DNA from: a virus
Direction: 5' to 3' (one strand)
UHGV virus genome: UHGV-1834803
Length of the DNA stretch: 42,379 bases
The notes under the pieces were generated by a model, which made no database searches, was not told where the DNA came from, and saw only the letters and a program-made list of their open reading frames with translations. Both the position numbers and the translations under genes were made by a program. Below, piece after piece: positions 20,402 through 29,728 of this stretch (position 1 is its first letter; every line of letters begins with the position of its first letter).

Positions 20402-21046
20402 TTACAGCGCGTCAGTGGGCTTTTTACGCGCTGCGTTTATGCTTATGACGCCAGCTTTTGGACGTGGGTCAACAAGGTTAAGCTCTTCTTCGCTGTGGTA
20501 TTCGAGGTCGAACTCACGTTTTACATGTCTGATGTAGATTGCGGTGAGCAGGCTATCTTTGGTCAGAAAGTGTCCGTAGGATTTGCGGATCACTTCTTCT
20601 ACCTTCTCGATTTTCTCACCACCCATACAGAGATGATTAAACCGGCTGTGTTTCCGCAACATTTCGTCTACTGGGCCTGAGTAAACCTTGTCTACTTTCC
20701 CAAAACGGATGATTTTCCCTGTGTCTGCGGATACGAGGCAAATCAGCTTGTCTGGTGATAAACGATCTCGCCACGTCACACCTGAACGGAGTGTGTTGAA
20801 GTAGGGAGCATCCAATCCGATGATCGGTTTACGAAATGCGAGTAATGGAACGTACCTGATGCAACTGTTTAAATGAAAATTCACACCAGCCTTATCAAGT
20901 TTAATTCTGGTTTCGTAGATCGGGCACTTCGCCGCTATACCGCAGATGTCACAAAGCAACTTCTGCTTATTCAGGTTGGAATTTGATTCGATAGTGTAGG
21001 AGCCGTCTTCAAGACGACGAACCCAGCGCGTGCGTTTTAGATCCAT
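20402..21046 (-). CDS. hypothetical protein (214 aa)
   Basis: Intact ORF next to the origin region. Confidence 0.4.
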   Translation of the reverse strand: MDLKRTRWVRRLEDGSYTIESNSNLNKQKLLCDICGIAAKCPIYETRIKLDKAGVNFHLNSCIRYVPLLAFRKPIIGLDAPYFNTLRSGVTWRDRLSPDKLICLVSADTGKIIRFGKVDKVYSGPVDEMLRKHSRFNHLCMGGEKIEKVEEVIRKSYGHFLTKDSLLTAIYIRHVKREFDLEYHSEEELNLVDPRPKAGVISINAARKKPTDAL

Positions 21047-21133
21047 ATGTCATTTTTCTGTGATTGTTAGCCGAGGCAACGATAACCCACCAGGTGCGCC
21101 GAAGGTAGTAAATGCCTGTTTTAATTATTCACA

Positions 21134-21205
21134 TATCCACAGGATAGATCCTAATAAAGAGATCCATAGATAGATCCTTATATAGATCAAATAAGATCCC
21201 CGATC
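21134..21205. promoter_or_regulatory. DnaA-box-like site (TATCCACA) plus cluster of six GATC sites in 59 bp
   Basis: GATC at 21147, 21161, 21173, 21185, 21195, 21202, embedded in AGATCC repeats. Confidence 0.45.
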
Positions 21206-21245
21206 GCTGTAAGCCGCGCCACGACTGGTCTGAAGTCATGTTCAT

Positions 21246-21347
21246 GTATGCTGTCAGCGGTAATTGATAGTCTGTCAGCGGTTCACCGTATGCTGCCAAC
21301 TGTTTTTGGTATTCTGTCAGCGGCAAATCAAGTATGCTGTCAGCGGT
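21246..21347. repeat. upstream iteron cluster (about 5 copies of TATGCTGTCAGCGGT and variants)
   Basis: Direct repeats read at 21247, 21268, 21289, 21311, 21333. Confidence 0.6.
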
Positions 21348-21367
21348 TGAATGACAAAGGTGTCCAC

Positions 21368-22462
21368 ATGTCCACAAAAAATAAAAAAGGTAAAAATAAC
21401 AAAGAAGTAGAAGATAACATCGACAACTTTGAAGAAGGTTCCCTTGAATTGTACACAGGGGAACTTGTCCCTAATAGCAACAATACAGTCCAACCAATTG
21501 CGTTGATGCGACTGGGGTTGTTCGTCCCCACGCTTAAGGGAACAAAATACAGTAAACGTAACAAGCCAAATGAGATCGATGCTTCAAAGGAGCTTGTCCA
21601 GCTCGAAGTAGCCCGTTCTGAAGGCTATTCCGATATCAAGATAACCGGTCCTCGCCTGGACATGGATCATGATTTCAAAACGTGGGTGGGCGTTGTGCGT
21701 TCGCTGGCAGAATACGGCGAACCTAATGGTCGTGTCGAGTTAAGCATCACGAAATTTGCGAAGTTTTGTGGCTATCCATCGTCACAGATCCGCAAAACAC
21801 TCCGCGACCGGCTTACAAACAGTCTTTTGAAGATCATGCGTACAACTCTGTCTTTCCAGAGAACGTATGAAGAAAAGAACGTCGACGGCTCTAACAAGAT
21901 CTCGCTTCTGATGGTGCACCTCATCAATAGCGTGGACTACAACGAGCAGAAAGATACGGTGGTGTTCTATGCAGAACCGAAGCTGGCCGAACTATATCGC
22001 TTTGACCATAAGGTTCTTTTGCAGTTAAAGGTTATCAATAAGCTACCACGCAAAGAAACAGCACAGGCTCTGTACACCTTCATCGAAAGTCTTCCAACCA
22101 AGCCTGCGCCGGTATCGCTTGCTCGATTGCGTGCGCGACTCAATTTGAGTAGCAGGAATGTCAGCTCGCAGAATCAGACTATACGTAACGGCTTAAAAGC
22201 TCTCCAAGATTTGGGCTATCTCGAATACAGCGAGATTAAGCGTGGGCGGTCGATCTATATCCAGATTCACAGCCGCAATCCAAAACTCAAAGTCGCACCG
22301 CCAAAACCTGAAGACATCGAACCCAAAAAACCAGATGAGAAAGCCGGGGAAATTGATGCCAAACAGAACATTATCAATAAGATAACCGAACTTTCGCAGA
22401 ATTTGACGCCTGAAAATATCAAGATGATTGAGATCCTTTCCAATAGTCTCAAACTGCTTTGA
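21368..22462 (+). CDS. replication initiator protein (Rep, iteron-binding type)
   Basis: Only large plus-strand gene; flanked both sides by iterons; start taken at MSTKNKKGK (21368) rather than the track's 21248. Confidence 0.6.
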   Translation: MSTKNKKGKNNKEVEDNIDNFEEGSLELYTGELVPNSNNTVQPIALMRLGLFVPTLKGTKYSKRNKPNEIDASKELVQLEVARSEGYSDIKITGPRLDMDHDFKTWVGVVRSLAEYGEPNGRVELSITKFAKFCGYPSSQIRKTLRDRLTNSLLKIMRTTLSFQRTYEEKNVDGSNKISLLMVHLINSVDYNEQKDTVVFYAEPKLAELYRFDHKVLLQLKVINKLPRKETAQALYTFIESLPTKPAPVSLARLRARLNLSSRNVSSQNQTIRNGLKALQDLGYLEYSEIKRGRSIYIQIHSRNPKLKVAPPKPEDIEPKKPDEKAGEIDAKQNIINKITELSQNLTPENIKMIEILSNSLKLL

Positions 22463-22994
22463 TATGCTGTCAGCGGTGAAATGTATGCTATCAGCGGCTA
22501 TTTTTCTGAAAAGTATGCTGTGAACGGTTAAAGATATGCTACCAGCGGTATAGTGAGATAAACGTATGCTGTGAGCGGTAAATCATCTATCACCACTCAA
22601 TGCTCTTTTATACCTCCCCAGTGGTTACTAACCTCGAAGAGTGCATTCCATATAGGTTTGCGCTCACTAACATTCTATTCCCATTGCGCTGATTACTTGT
22701 AGTGAAAGGTATTTATTGCCTGCTGCTCCCTGATAGAACGTATGCTGTCAGCGGTGTTTTATTGAGGAATTTTTGTTTGGATATGCTATCAGCGGTAATT
22801 AATGGCATATGTCAGACCTTCGTATGCTGCCAGCGGTAATTTTGTTCTGGTTATACCCATACCGGTACACATTATTCATGCAATGTCTTAAGTATGCTGT
22901 CAGCGGTAAAAAATCGAGTAAAGTATGCTGTGAGCGGTGAGATAGACTCTCGATATGCTATCAGCGGCAGTTGATTGTGTATGCTGTCAGCGGT
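22463..22994. repeat. downstream iteron array (12 copies in two clusters)
   Basis: Copies at 22463, 22484, 22514, 22535, 22565, 22741, 22782, 22823, 22893, 22924, 22954, 22980; irregular spacing. Confidence 0.7.
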
Positions 22995-23041
22995 GACGAC
23001 TATGAAATATGACTGCGGAACGTGCCGCAGTCAGTTTGCAT

Positions 23042-23254
23042 TTAGTGTATTTTCTTCAACAGACCCCAAAGTGTTCCGGCTTTTGTAGTCAGTTTTCCTG
23101 TTTCTGGATCGTACATACGCCATTCACGCCGCTGGTGGACGATATACCCATCTTCACGTTCCAGACGCTCAAGAATGCCAGGCTGCTTGAAACCCTTAGC
23201 ACGCCAGTATCCGCTTGTTTTCTCGATTTCCAGACCTGCCAGTGTTAATGCCAT
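23042..23254 (-). CDS. hypothetical protein (70 aa)
   Basis: Intact ORF abutting the next gene. Confidence 0.35.
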   Translation of the reverse strand: MALTLAGLEIEKTSGYWRAKGFKQPGILERLEREDGYIVHQRREWRMYDPETGKLTTKAGTLWGLLKKIH

Positions 23255-23589
23255 TATCCAACCTCCTTGCAGTCATCGAAAAGGTAGCTTTGCTGAGAAG
23301 CGTGAACGCCATAGAAGCCCTTGTATTTGTTGTATACGAAGTGGTCTTCTCCGACGCCGGTTAATTTGCCATTACGATTTGTGAGATATGGGGATGACAA
23401 CACTCGATCGTCACGCACAACATAGAACTGGTCGCCGCTGTCTACGACCATCGCTCCATATGGTGCTTTTATGACGTCGGTAAGAGCGCCATTCTTAACG
23501 TCGGCTACAGACATTTCACACTGATAAACAGTGGTGTCGGCCACAACGATCGAAGAAAGGAACAACAGCGCGAATGGGATGGCCTTCAT
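23254..23589 (-). CDS. hypothetical secreted protein (111 aa)
   Basis: N-terminal signal-peptide-like segment MKAIPFALLFLSSIVVA. Confidence 0.45.
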   Translation of the reverse strand: MKAIPFALLFLSSIVVADTTVYQCEMSVADVKNGALTDVIKAPYGAMVVDSGDQFYVVRDDRVLSSPYLTNRNGKLTGVGEDHFVYNKYKGFYGVHASQQSYLFDDCKEVG

Positions 23590-23765
23590 GCTGCCACCTC
23601 TTTGATTACATCAAATGCTGAATTAAATACGAGCACGATAGCCAAAGCGTTTATGACTACGTCGTGCACCGGGGAAAAGACTTTACGAATGACACTAGTG
23701 AAAATGCAGTCGATGACAAAAGCTATTGAAACGATGAGTAACAAGTATTCAATAAAAATCTTCAT
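23586..23765 (-). CDS. small membrane protein (59 aa, below track cutoff)
   Basis: Hand-translated MKIFIEYLLLIVSIAFVIDCIF...; stop overlaps next start (ATGA). Confidence 0.3.
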   Translation of the reverse strand: MKIFIEYLLLIVSIAFVIDCIFTSVIRKVFSPVHDVVINALAIVLVFNSAFDVIKEVAA

Positions 23766-23804
23766 GATAGGTAGATACTAACTTATATAAATTTTACTGT
23801 AAAC

Positions 23805-24080
23805 TCACTCAAAAGTGCTGATGCTTAAAATACGCTCAAGATGTTCGGCATCTTCATCACTGATTTGTTGAGTCTCTTCTACGTACCAACAGTTGCCGTT
23901 ATGCCAACAAACACCATCATCATCAACCATCACTGAATCAGCGTCATGACCTGTATATTCAACAATAGTACGCTGGATCAGCGCGTCAGTTTCTTCGTCG
24001 TTAAGGCCATCGGCTTTGACCATAAAAAGCGGAAACACGTCATAGACAGTGCTGGTAACGATTCGAACTAAAACTCTCAT
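23805..24080 (-). CDS. hypothetical protein (91 aa)
   Basis: Intact ORF with conserved CATGTGTTTTTCC start context. Confidence 0.4.
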   Translation of the reverse strand: MRVLVRIVTSTVYDVFPLFMVKADGLNDEETDALIQRTIVEYTGHDADSVMVDDDGVCWHNGNCWYVEETQQISDEDAEHLERILSISTFE

Positions 24081-24135
24081 GTGTTTTTCCTTTTGTGGTT
24101 AGTGTTTACTTATTTTGTTAGTTATGAATAGGCGA

Positions 24136-24561
24136 TCAATCATCTTGTTTAGGGAAAAACTGTTCAATAACTCTGTCAACGGCTGTGTCTATATGGAGTA
24201 GATGCCACACAACCATATCTTTGCTCCCCATGCCTTGTGTGAATATCACGTCATACTTACGCCATGCGCAGTGGAACCAATATGCTGAGTCATCAATTGG
24301 TAAATCCTCTCCCGCCTCTTTGAAGTATTTCAGCAGCATTGCTTGCTCTGCCGTTGGCGTTGGACCTATTTCCTGAGCGTACATACGGATAAATCGCTGC
24401 CAGTCTGTCTCGTCGGTGGTCGGATCTGGTGGATTCATTTCGGCGATAGCGTTTCGTAGCTGATGCGCCCAATCAGGTTCAGGAAAGCCTTTTGATACTT
24501 CATCATCAATAACATCCAGAGCCGCGTTTGCGGCATCGTAGAGTTTCTTAATAGCTGTCAT
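24136..24561 (-). CDS. hypothetical protein (141 aa)
   Basis: Intact ORF; conserved palindromic motif upstream. Confidence 0.4.
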   Translation of the reverse strand: MTAIKKLYDAANAALDVIDDEVSKGFPEPDWAHQLRNAIAEMNPPDPTTDETDWQRFIRMYAQEIGPTPTAEQAMLLKYFKEAGEDLPIDDSAYWFHCAWRKYDVIFTQGMGSKDMVVWHLLHIDTAVDRVIEQFFPKQDD

Positions 24562-24574
24562 ATTTTCTTAACCC

Positions 24575-24595
24575 TTTAAACAAATTGTTTTCTTA
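24575..24595 (-). promoter_or_regulatory. conserved palindromic motif TTTAAACAAATTGTTTTCTTA
   Basis: Fourth copy, ~15 bp upstream of the start at 24561. Confidence 0.4.
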
Positions 24596-24610
24596 ATAAG
24601 ATAATTGCGA

Positions 24611-24636
24611 TAAAAAAGGCGTCCAACTGGACGCCT
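24611..24636 (-). terminator. intrinsic terminator (GGCGTCC-AACT-GGACGCC + T6 on minus strand)
   Basis: Perfect 7-bp stem with T-run, right after the stop of the SPFH gene. Confidence 0.55.
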
Positions 24637-24652
24637 GAACTTTTAAGGGGAG

Positions 24653-25483
24653 TTATTTCACTGTAATGAAAGGAGTGTTAGCCCCTTGAGTCATGTACTG
24701 CGGTAACTGGCCATTCCATTTATTGATGGCTTCCAGCTCCATAACGTTCGGGTTTTGACGCAGAGCTTCACCGCGCAGACGAATGGCGTCGGCTTCTGCT
24801 TGCGCACGAGCACGGATAGCATCAGCTTCACCATTAGCCTGTTCACGTAGCATATTCGCCTCAGCTTTACGCTGTTCAACTTCCTGCTGACGTTGCAGAG
24901 TACGCTGGTTAGCCGTTACTTTGGCGTTGATAGATTCAATGACGGTTTTTGGGTAATCAGGCTTTCCAACCCATGACAGGCTCAGTACCTCAATACCAAC
25001 CGGAGACATCTCTTTCTGAATATCTTTCAGTGCGTTGTCCAGCAATTGTGCCTTACCACCGTCGATAAATGAGTCAGTGGTCATACGGCTGGCCAAACGG
25101 TTTAGAGAGTCGGCAATTTTCTGACGCAGATCTGATTCGGTGATATCGTCTACGCCTTTGCGATAGGTCTGGAACACCGTCGTTACCTTGTCACGATTAA
25201 CCAGATACGCAACGCCAATTTTGTGACCAATAGCAGTACCGTCACTCATCTGGAATGTGAACGGCTCGTCGTAGGTCTTCATTTGTTTGAAGGTCGGGAA
25301 TACGTAAAGTTCGGTGTTAAGACCTGTCCATTGGCGACCAACGCCAACCACTTCACCAATCCCTTTGTCTTCACCTAATTTGTTTACTTTGATGCCAACG
25401 TATCCAGGCTCCACGCGATCACAGCCAGTAAGACCCGTTGTGCAAATAGCCGCCAGAGCAACTGCAAGTAAACCTTTCTGCAT
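24653..25483 (-). CDS. SPFH/band-7 (stomatin/prohibitin-like) lipoprotein
   Basis: Lipobox LTGC after signal peptide; band-7-like core; charged Ala/Glu/Arg-rich coiled-coil tail. Confidence 0.65.
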   Translation of the reverse strand: MQKGLLAVALAAICTTGLTGCDRVEPGYVGIKVNKLGEDKGIGEVVGVGRQWTGLNTELYVFPTFKQMKTYDEPFTFQMSDGTAIGHKIGVAYLVNRDKVTTVFQTYRKGVDDITESDLRQKIADSLNRLASRMTTDSFIDGGKAQLLDNALKDIQKEMSPVGIEVLSLSWVGKPDYPKTVIESINAKVTANQRTLQRQQEVEQRKAEANMLREQANGEADAIRARAQAEADAIRLRGEALRQNPNVMELEAINKWNGQLPQYMTQGANTPFITVK

Positions 25484-25486
25484 TAC

Positions 25487-25687
25487 TTATTTCCCCTTTG
25501 CTTTGATTAATGAGTTGATAAACTTACGACCAGCAATAAGACCGATTACAGGAGCACCAAAACCAACGATAACTCCAAACATGACGGCTAAATCACTCTT
25601 GGTAGAAATCAGCGACGGAACCAGTAAACCGTAGATGAGAGCCACTGAAAGGCCTGTGGCCACTGCCAATAGATAGATTTTGATCAT
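25487..25687 (-). CDS. small membrane protein (66 aa)
   Basis: Two hydrophobic helices; 4 nt upstream of the SPFH gene, probably co-transcribed. Confidence 0.45.
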   Translation of the reverse strand: MIKIYLLAVATGLSVALIYGLLVPSLISTKSDLAVMFGVIVGFGAPVIGLIAGRKFINSLIKAKGK

Positions 25688-25749
25688 GTGTTTTCCTATG
25701 TGGTTGTTATGTGAAAATAATAAGTAAGTACTTATATATTTTCAAGAGA

Positions 25750-25774
25750 TAAAAAAGGCGTCCTGTGGACGCCT
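25750..25774 (-). terminator. intrinsic terminator (GGCGTCC-TGT-GGACGCC + T6 on minus strand)
   Basis: Same stem sequence as the 24611 terminator; follows the RecA-like gene. Confidence 0.55.
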
Positions 25775-25779
25775 TGTGT

Positions 25780-26853
25780 TTACTCTTCTACTGACTCGGT
25801 GGGGTTGTCTTTTGCTCTTCGGTCGTCGATTGCCTGCAAAGCCGCAATGATTTCAGCCAGTGGCTTCTCCCGATACATCTCGACGATCTGCGATTTGGTG
25901 TATTTCTTGTCACCAATTTCAACTCGCCCGCTGGCGTTCTTTGGCAGGTATCCTTCTTCCAGCATGTACTCGACGAGCGATTCGATAACGTCGAGGCCAC
26001 GAGTAGGATCGAAGTAGAATTTCCAGGTGCATTTGCCATACGGTGGTGCAACTTTGTTTTTGATGCATTCTGCGCCTACGTCCTGGCCGATCTTCTCTTT
26101 ACCATCCTTCATCACCGATGCACCAAGACGGATACGTACAGAAGCGTAGAACTTCGGTGAATCTCCACCTGGCGACGTAGTAGGGTCGCCAAACATTACA
26201 CCGATTTTTGTGCGAACCTGATTCAAGAAGATGATGCAGGCGTTGTATTTGCGTGCCCACAAAGCCAGAGTAGGGAAGTTCGCACTCGTCGCACGAGCCA
26301 GTGCCGTATTGTCGTTCATGTTTAGCTGATCTTTGTCTTTGGCAGTGCCTTCAGCCATCTTTTCGAACTTCTCGGCTTTGGAGTTCGGAACCATAGACGC
26401 AAGAGAGTCAGCCACGATACAGATAGGTGCTGATTCGGGGATAAGCTCTTCATCACGAACCAATTTAAGTATTGTGCCGATCAACTCTACAGAGTCTTCG
26501 AAGGTATCTGGCTGCTTGTATACCCACTGACCGTCATCCTCATCTGCGTTCAGGCCATTGGCTACAGCCAGGCCAACGTCAAAACTGTTTTCATGATCGA
26601 GGAATACCGCCAGACCATCTTGTTTCTGTGTGGAGATCATTGCTGCTGTTGCAAGGAACGTTTTCCCTGCACTTGGAGGACCGAATACTTCGACGATACG
26701 ACCACATGGGAAGCCGCCATCGTAACGACCAGAAATAGCTTTGTTTAACGGTGGAAAGCCTGTATCAATCCAATGAGTTACTTTCTGAATTTCGTCGTTG
26801 CTACCGATTTTCTTTTTCAGAGCAAGTGCCAGTGCGGATTTTCCTTTTGCCAT
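25780..26853 (-). CDS. RecA-like recombinase
   Basis: Walker A GPPSAGKT and RecA-like core layout. Confidence 0.8.
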   Translation of the reverse strand: MAKGKSALALALKKKIGSNDEIQKVTHWIDTGFPPLNKAISGRYDGGFPCGRIVEVFGPPSAGKTFLATAAMISTQKQDGLAVFLDHENSFDVGLAVANGLNADEDDGQWVYKQPDTFEDSVELIGTILKLVRDEELIPESAPICIVADSLASMVPNSKAEKFEKMAEGTAKDKDQLNMNDNTALARATSANFPTLALWARKYNACIIFLNQVRTKIGVMFGDPTTSPGGDSPKFYASVRIRLGASVMKDGKEKIGQDVGAECIKNKVAPPYGKCTWKFYFDPTRGLDVIESLVEYMLEEGYLPKNASGRVEIGDKKYTKSQIVEMYREKPLAEIIAALQAIDDRRAKDNPTESVEE

Positions 26854-26855
26854 GA

Positions 26856-27128
26856 TCAGGCTCCTTTTGTTTCGTTGATTCGTTTTAAAGCGGCGGATTC
26901 ATCGAATACAATCGCATCGTGGTTAAGGAGTCTGGATACACGAGCGAGGATTTTTACGACCTGCTCGCTGACTAATCCAAACTCGCGATCTGTCGCTTTC
27001 ATTCCGGCAGCGCCTAGAATTGACGGCAGTGCGATGACAGCGTACTCACCGTGATAAAAGACAATCTCTTTTGCCAGTTGGGCAGGGGTGGTTGTAGCGC
27101 CATTGATAATCGATTTAAGCATTAGCAA
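26856..27128 (-). CDS. hypothetical protein (90 aa)
   Basis: Intact ORF tightly spaced between the recombinase and exonuclease genes. Confidence 0.35.
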   Translation of the reverse strand: MLMLKSIINGATTTPAQLAKEIVFYHGEYAVIALPSILGAAGMKATDREFGLVSEQVVKILARVSRLLNHDAIVFDESAALKRINETKGA

Positions 27129-28117
27129 TACCTTTCGAATGGAAGAACAAACACTTCAAGGTCTTCAAGGAACGAACGGAAATTCAGCTCGTAGCACAGT
27201 TGCTCGAATGCTTTCACGTCACGATTGCCTTTGATTGTTTCGATTTCGGTAGGCGGAAACTTCGTCTCAATCAGGTTCATTAGCGTGATGTTTCTCTTGA
27301 ACGCTTCGAGCATTCGACAGCCTGTTTTCTCGTTGAAGGCATTCTTCGCTAGTTTGTTGAAGGCGGTCTTATGACGCCCTTTATTAACCACGATTGAGCC
27401 GTCGTTGATGCCGCGTACCATCGTTGCGACACTTCCCCATTCATGCAGCAGCTCTTTCGCACCGCCAGCACCAATGCCACCAACACCGCTAATGTTGTCC
27501 GAGTTATCGCCTTGTAATGCTTTTGCTTCCAAAAATGCGCGAGGCGTGGCGAATCCTGTCAGCTCCGCAAATTGCTCAAAATTAACCTGCTTGTTTTTGG
27601 CGTCTTCACGCAGGCTTACCCAGCTTACGTTTTCACGAACTAACTGAAGCCAGTCGCTATCGCCTGTTAACAGATAGATGTGTTCAACGGTTGGCTGCGG
27701 TGCCATGCGGGATACCAGCAGCCCGGCCAGATCATCCGCTTCTGCATCTTTTGCAATGAGTTGGGTAACTCCAAGCGCGGTCATCATTTTGAGGATGTAT
27801 GGCTTCTGGATAGCAAAGCCTTCCTTCATCTTTTTCATATCAGGATCGTCGTCGCGATTTGCTTTGTAGTCCGGGTAAAAGTCGCGACGCTTGTCACTAA
27901 ATCCATCCCAAAGAATCATAGGTCGGGCATGGAGGATGGAGGCATAACGACGGACGTTTTTAACAAAGCCGAAAGCAGCCTGTACTTCCATTTCGCCGTT
28001 GTGCAATTTGTCAGATTGTTGGTGGTAATAACCCAGGCTATTGCCATCTACGAAGAGATAATTCACCGGTACATTCCTTCCAAAAAGTAAGGCGTCCGTA
28101 GACGCCTTACTGGTCAC
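27122..28117 (-). CDS. 5'-3' exonuclease / flap endonuclease
   Basis: LFVDGNSLGYY N-terminal motif and H3TH region GVGGIGAGGAKELL; real start probably an internal GTG near 28066, because the terminator hairpin overlaps the annotated 5' end. Confidence 0.8.
   Translation of the reverse strand: MTSKASTDALLFGRNVPVNYLFVDGNSLGYYHQQSDKLHNGEMEVQAAFGFVKNVRRYASILHARPMILWDGFSDKRRDFYPDYKANRDDDPDMKKMKEGFAIQKPYILKMMTALGVTQLIAKDAEADDLAGLLVSRMAPQPTVEHIYLLTGDSDWLQLVRENVSWVSLREDAKNKQVNFEQFAELTGFATPRAFLEAKALQGDNSDNISGVGGIGAGGAKELLHEWGSVATMVRGINDGSIVVNKGRHKTAFNKLAKNAFNEKTGCRMLEAFKRNITLMNLIETKFPPTEIETIKGNRDVKAFEQLCYELNFRSFLEDLEVFVLPFERYC
28081..28110 (-). terminator. intrinsic terminator (GTAAGGCGTC-CGTA-GACGCCTTAC + T5)
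   Basis: 10-bp stem with T-run on the minus strand, after the stop of the SSB-like gene. Confidence 0.5.
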
Positions 28118-28126
28118 GTAATGGGA

Positions 28127-29155
28127 TTACAGAGAGTCCAGCTCTCTCAGTAGGTCATCCAGACCTTCATCTTCCGTCGCAGATGCGGTTGCTACAGATG
28201 TCGCTGCGACTGCTTCAGACTCTTTGACTGATACGGCAACGGCAGCGGAACTTGCCTCTGGTTTAAATTCAGTTTCAACGGCACGGAGGATTTCTTCATC
28301 AACCAGACTGGTTGGTTCAGAAGCCGGTGTGTGCGCGGTTGCTACAGCCGTCGCTCCTTCTGTATGACCAGTGACAGAGCCAAATCCAGGTAGTGCCGCA
28401 GCCGATGTTTTCGCGGTAGAGGAAATTGCTGGTGCAGATGCAGAGGCAGTTGGTGCTGCGATGCCAATCAGACGACCCATAGTGCGAACTGTCGAGAGAA
28501 GACGAGTTTCATCAGCCTGATTTGCGTATGCGATCAGATCATGCTGGGTATTCCAGAATTTATCTTCGATATCGCCTTTGTAGACTTTACGCTTAGGCGA
28601 GACGTCATATTTGGTATCGCGACCAGAGCCAGTACGTTTAATCAGGAATGCGTAGCCTTCCTCTTTGCTCAGTGGATTGCCGATATCATCAGCGATGTCT
28701 TCGGTGATTGCTTTGCAGATATCATCGAATACAGTGGAAGGCAGTTCGATTAACTGGCATTTCTCTGCATCGGCGAAATCCTCACGAGCTGAAAGAATGC
28801 CGTTGACCAGGTAGCGAGGAGTGGCACGCATTTGACCGATGCGTTCTTCCATTGCTTTGTTACCCTTGTGACGAGCGCGACCTTCCATCACCATTTCGCA
28901 TAGCTGACAAGCGCGACCGTGAGTATGTTGCTCACAAATATAAGCGTTGGTTGCTTCTTTACCTTCCTCGTTCTGATACTTAACGTAGTGCATACCGAAA
29001 GTCTGGAAGAACTTACCGTTTGGGTCGTCTTTATTCGGGAAGATGCGGATATAGTTGACGCCGTCTTTTAAGCGAGTCAGATCAACGTTGTTACCACGTT
29101 TGGCGGCAATGTCTTCACGAGTTTTGTTAAGCAAATCAAGTAATGTCTTAGACAT
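28127..29155 (-). CDS. putative ssDNA-binding protein (gp32-like)
   Basis: His/Cys cluster (CEQHTHGRACQLCE) and acidic C-terminal tail (EDEGLDDLLRELDSL); by-eye resemblance only. Confidence 0.45.
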   Translation of the reverse strand: MSKTLLDLLNKTREDIAAKRGNNVDLTRLKDGVNYIRIFPNKDDPNGKFFQTFGMHYVKYQNEEGKEATNAYICEQHTHGRACQLCEMVMEGRARHKGNKAMEERIGQMRATPRYLVNGILSAREDFADAEKCQLIELPSTVFDDICKAITEDIADDIGNPLSKEEGYAFLIKRTGSGRDTKYDVSPKRKVYKGDIEDKFWNTQHDLIAYANQADETRLLSTVRTMGRLIGIAAPTASASAPAISSTAKTSAAALPGFGSVTGHTEGATAVATAHTPASEPTSLVDEEILRAVETEFKPEASSAAVAVSVKESEAVAATSVATASATEDEGLDDLLRELDSL

Positions 29156-29272
29156 GTGTTTCTCCTTGTTGTGATTTGGCCGATGGCGCTATGCGCGTTG
29201 GGCTTTCGTTCATTCGTGGCTCTTTCGAGCTGTTAAATGATAGATCAGTACTTACTTATTATCTATCAAAAA

Positions 29273-29728
29273 TCAACGGGGAGTAATAAAGCGTTCAGAG
29301 CCTAATCGCTCTAATTCAACGATGGCCATCTTTGACGCCTGAACGATCATGTCTCGGCGATGCGAAAAGGCGGCGACAGCATGTTTGTATATGTCTGCGA
29401 TGTGCCGTGCTTCATCCAACTTCTGCCGTTTAGACAGATACTGTGGGTTTGTTTTAACCTTAGCGTCCAGTACAGATTCGTTGAACTTAATACCGTTCAT
29501 ACTCAAGTTCTTACGCTCTGTGTCGTATAGCTTTGCTTCAACAGCTTCAAGGTTAAGTTTTGCCTCTGCGACACTTCTTTCTGCATGAGCGAGTTTTGAG
29601 CCATATTCCATCAACAGGCGGGGTTGTCTACGCCAGACTTCTTCCAGATTGTCTCGGTCAAACTCGAGATCAGACATTATTTTCTCGTAAATATCGGCGA
29701 TCATGCACATTTCCTTATCACTTATCAT
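29273..29728 (-). CDS. hypothetical protein (151 aa)
   Basis: Intact helical-looking ORF. Confidence 0.4.
   Translation of the reverse strand: MISDKEMCMIADIYEKIMSDLEFDRDNLEEVWRRQPRLLMEYGSKLAHAERSVAEAKLNLEAVEAKLYDTERKNLSMNGIKFNESVLDAKVKTNPQYLSKRQKLDEARHIADIYKHAVAAFSHRRDMIVQASKMAIVELERLGSERFITPR

Noticed and set aside
21129-21377. 82-aa minus-strand ORF
   Set aside because: Lies across the GATC cluster and upstream iterons of the origin; an open frame through repeats is unlikely to be a gene.
22463-22994. Possible CRISPR array suggested by the regularly recurring 15-bp repeat
   Set aside because: Repeats are short and degenerate, spacers are highly irregular in length, and the array flanks a Rep gene; iterons are the better explanation.
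23011-23034. Perfect palindrome TGACTGCGG-AACGTG-CCGCAGTCA as a terminator
   Set aside because: No adjacent T-run on either strand; may simply mark the end of the iteron array.
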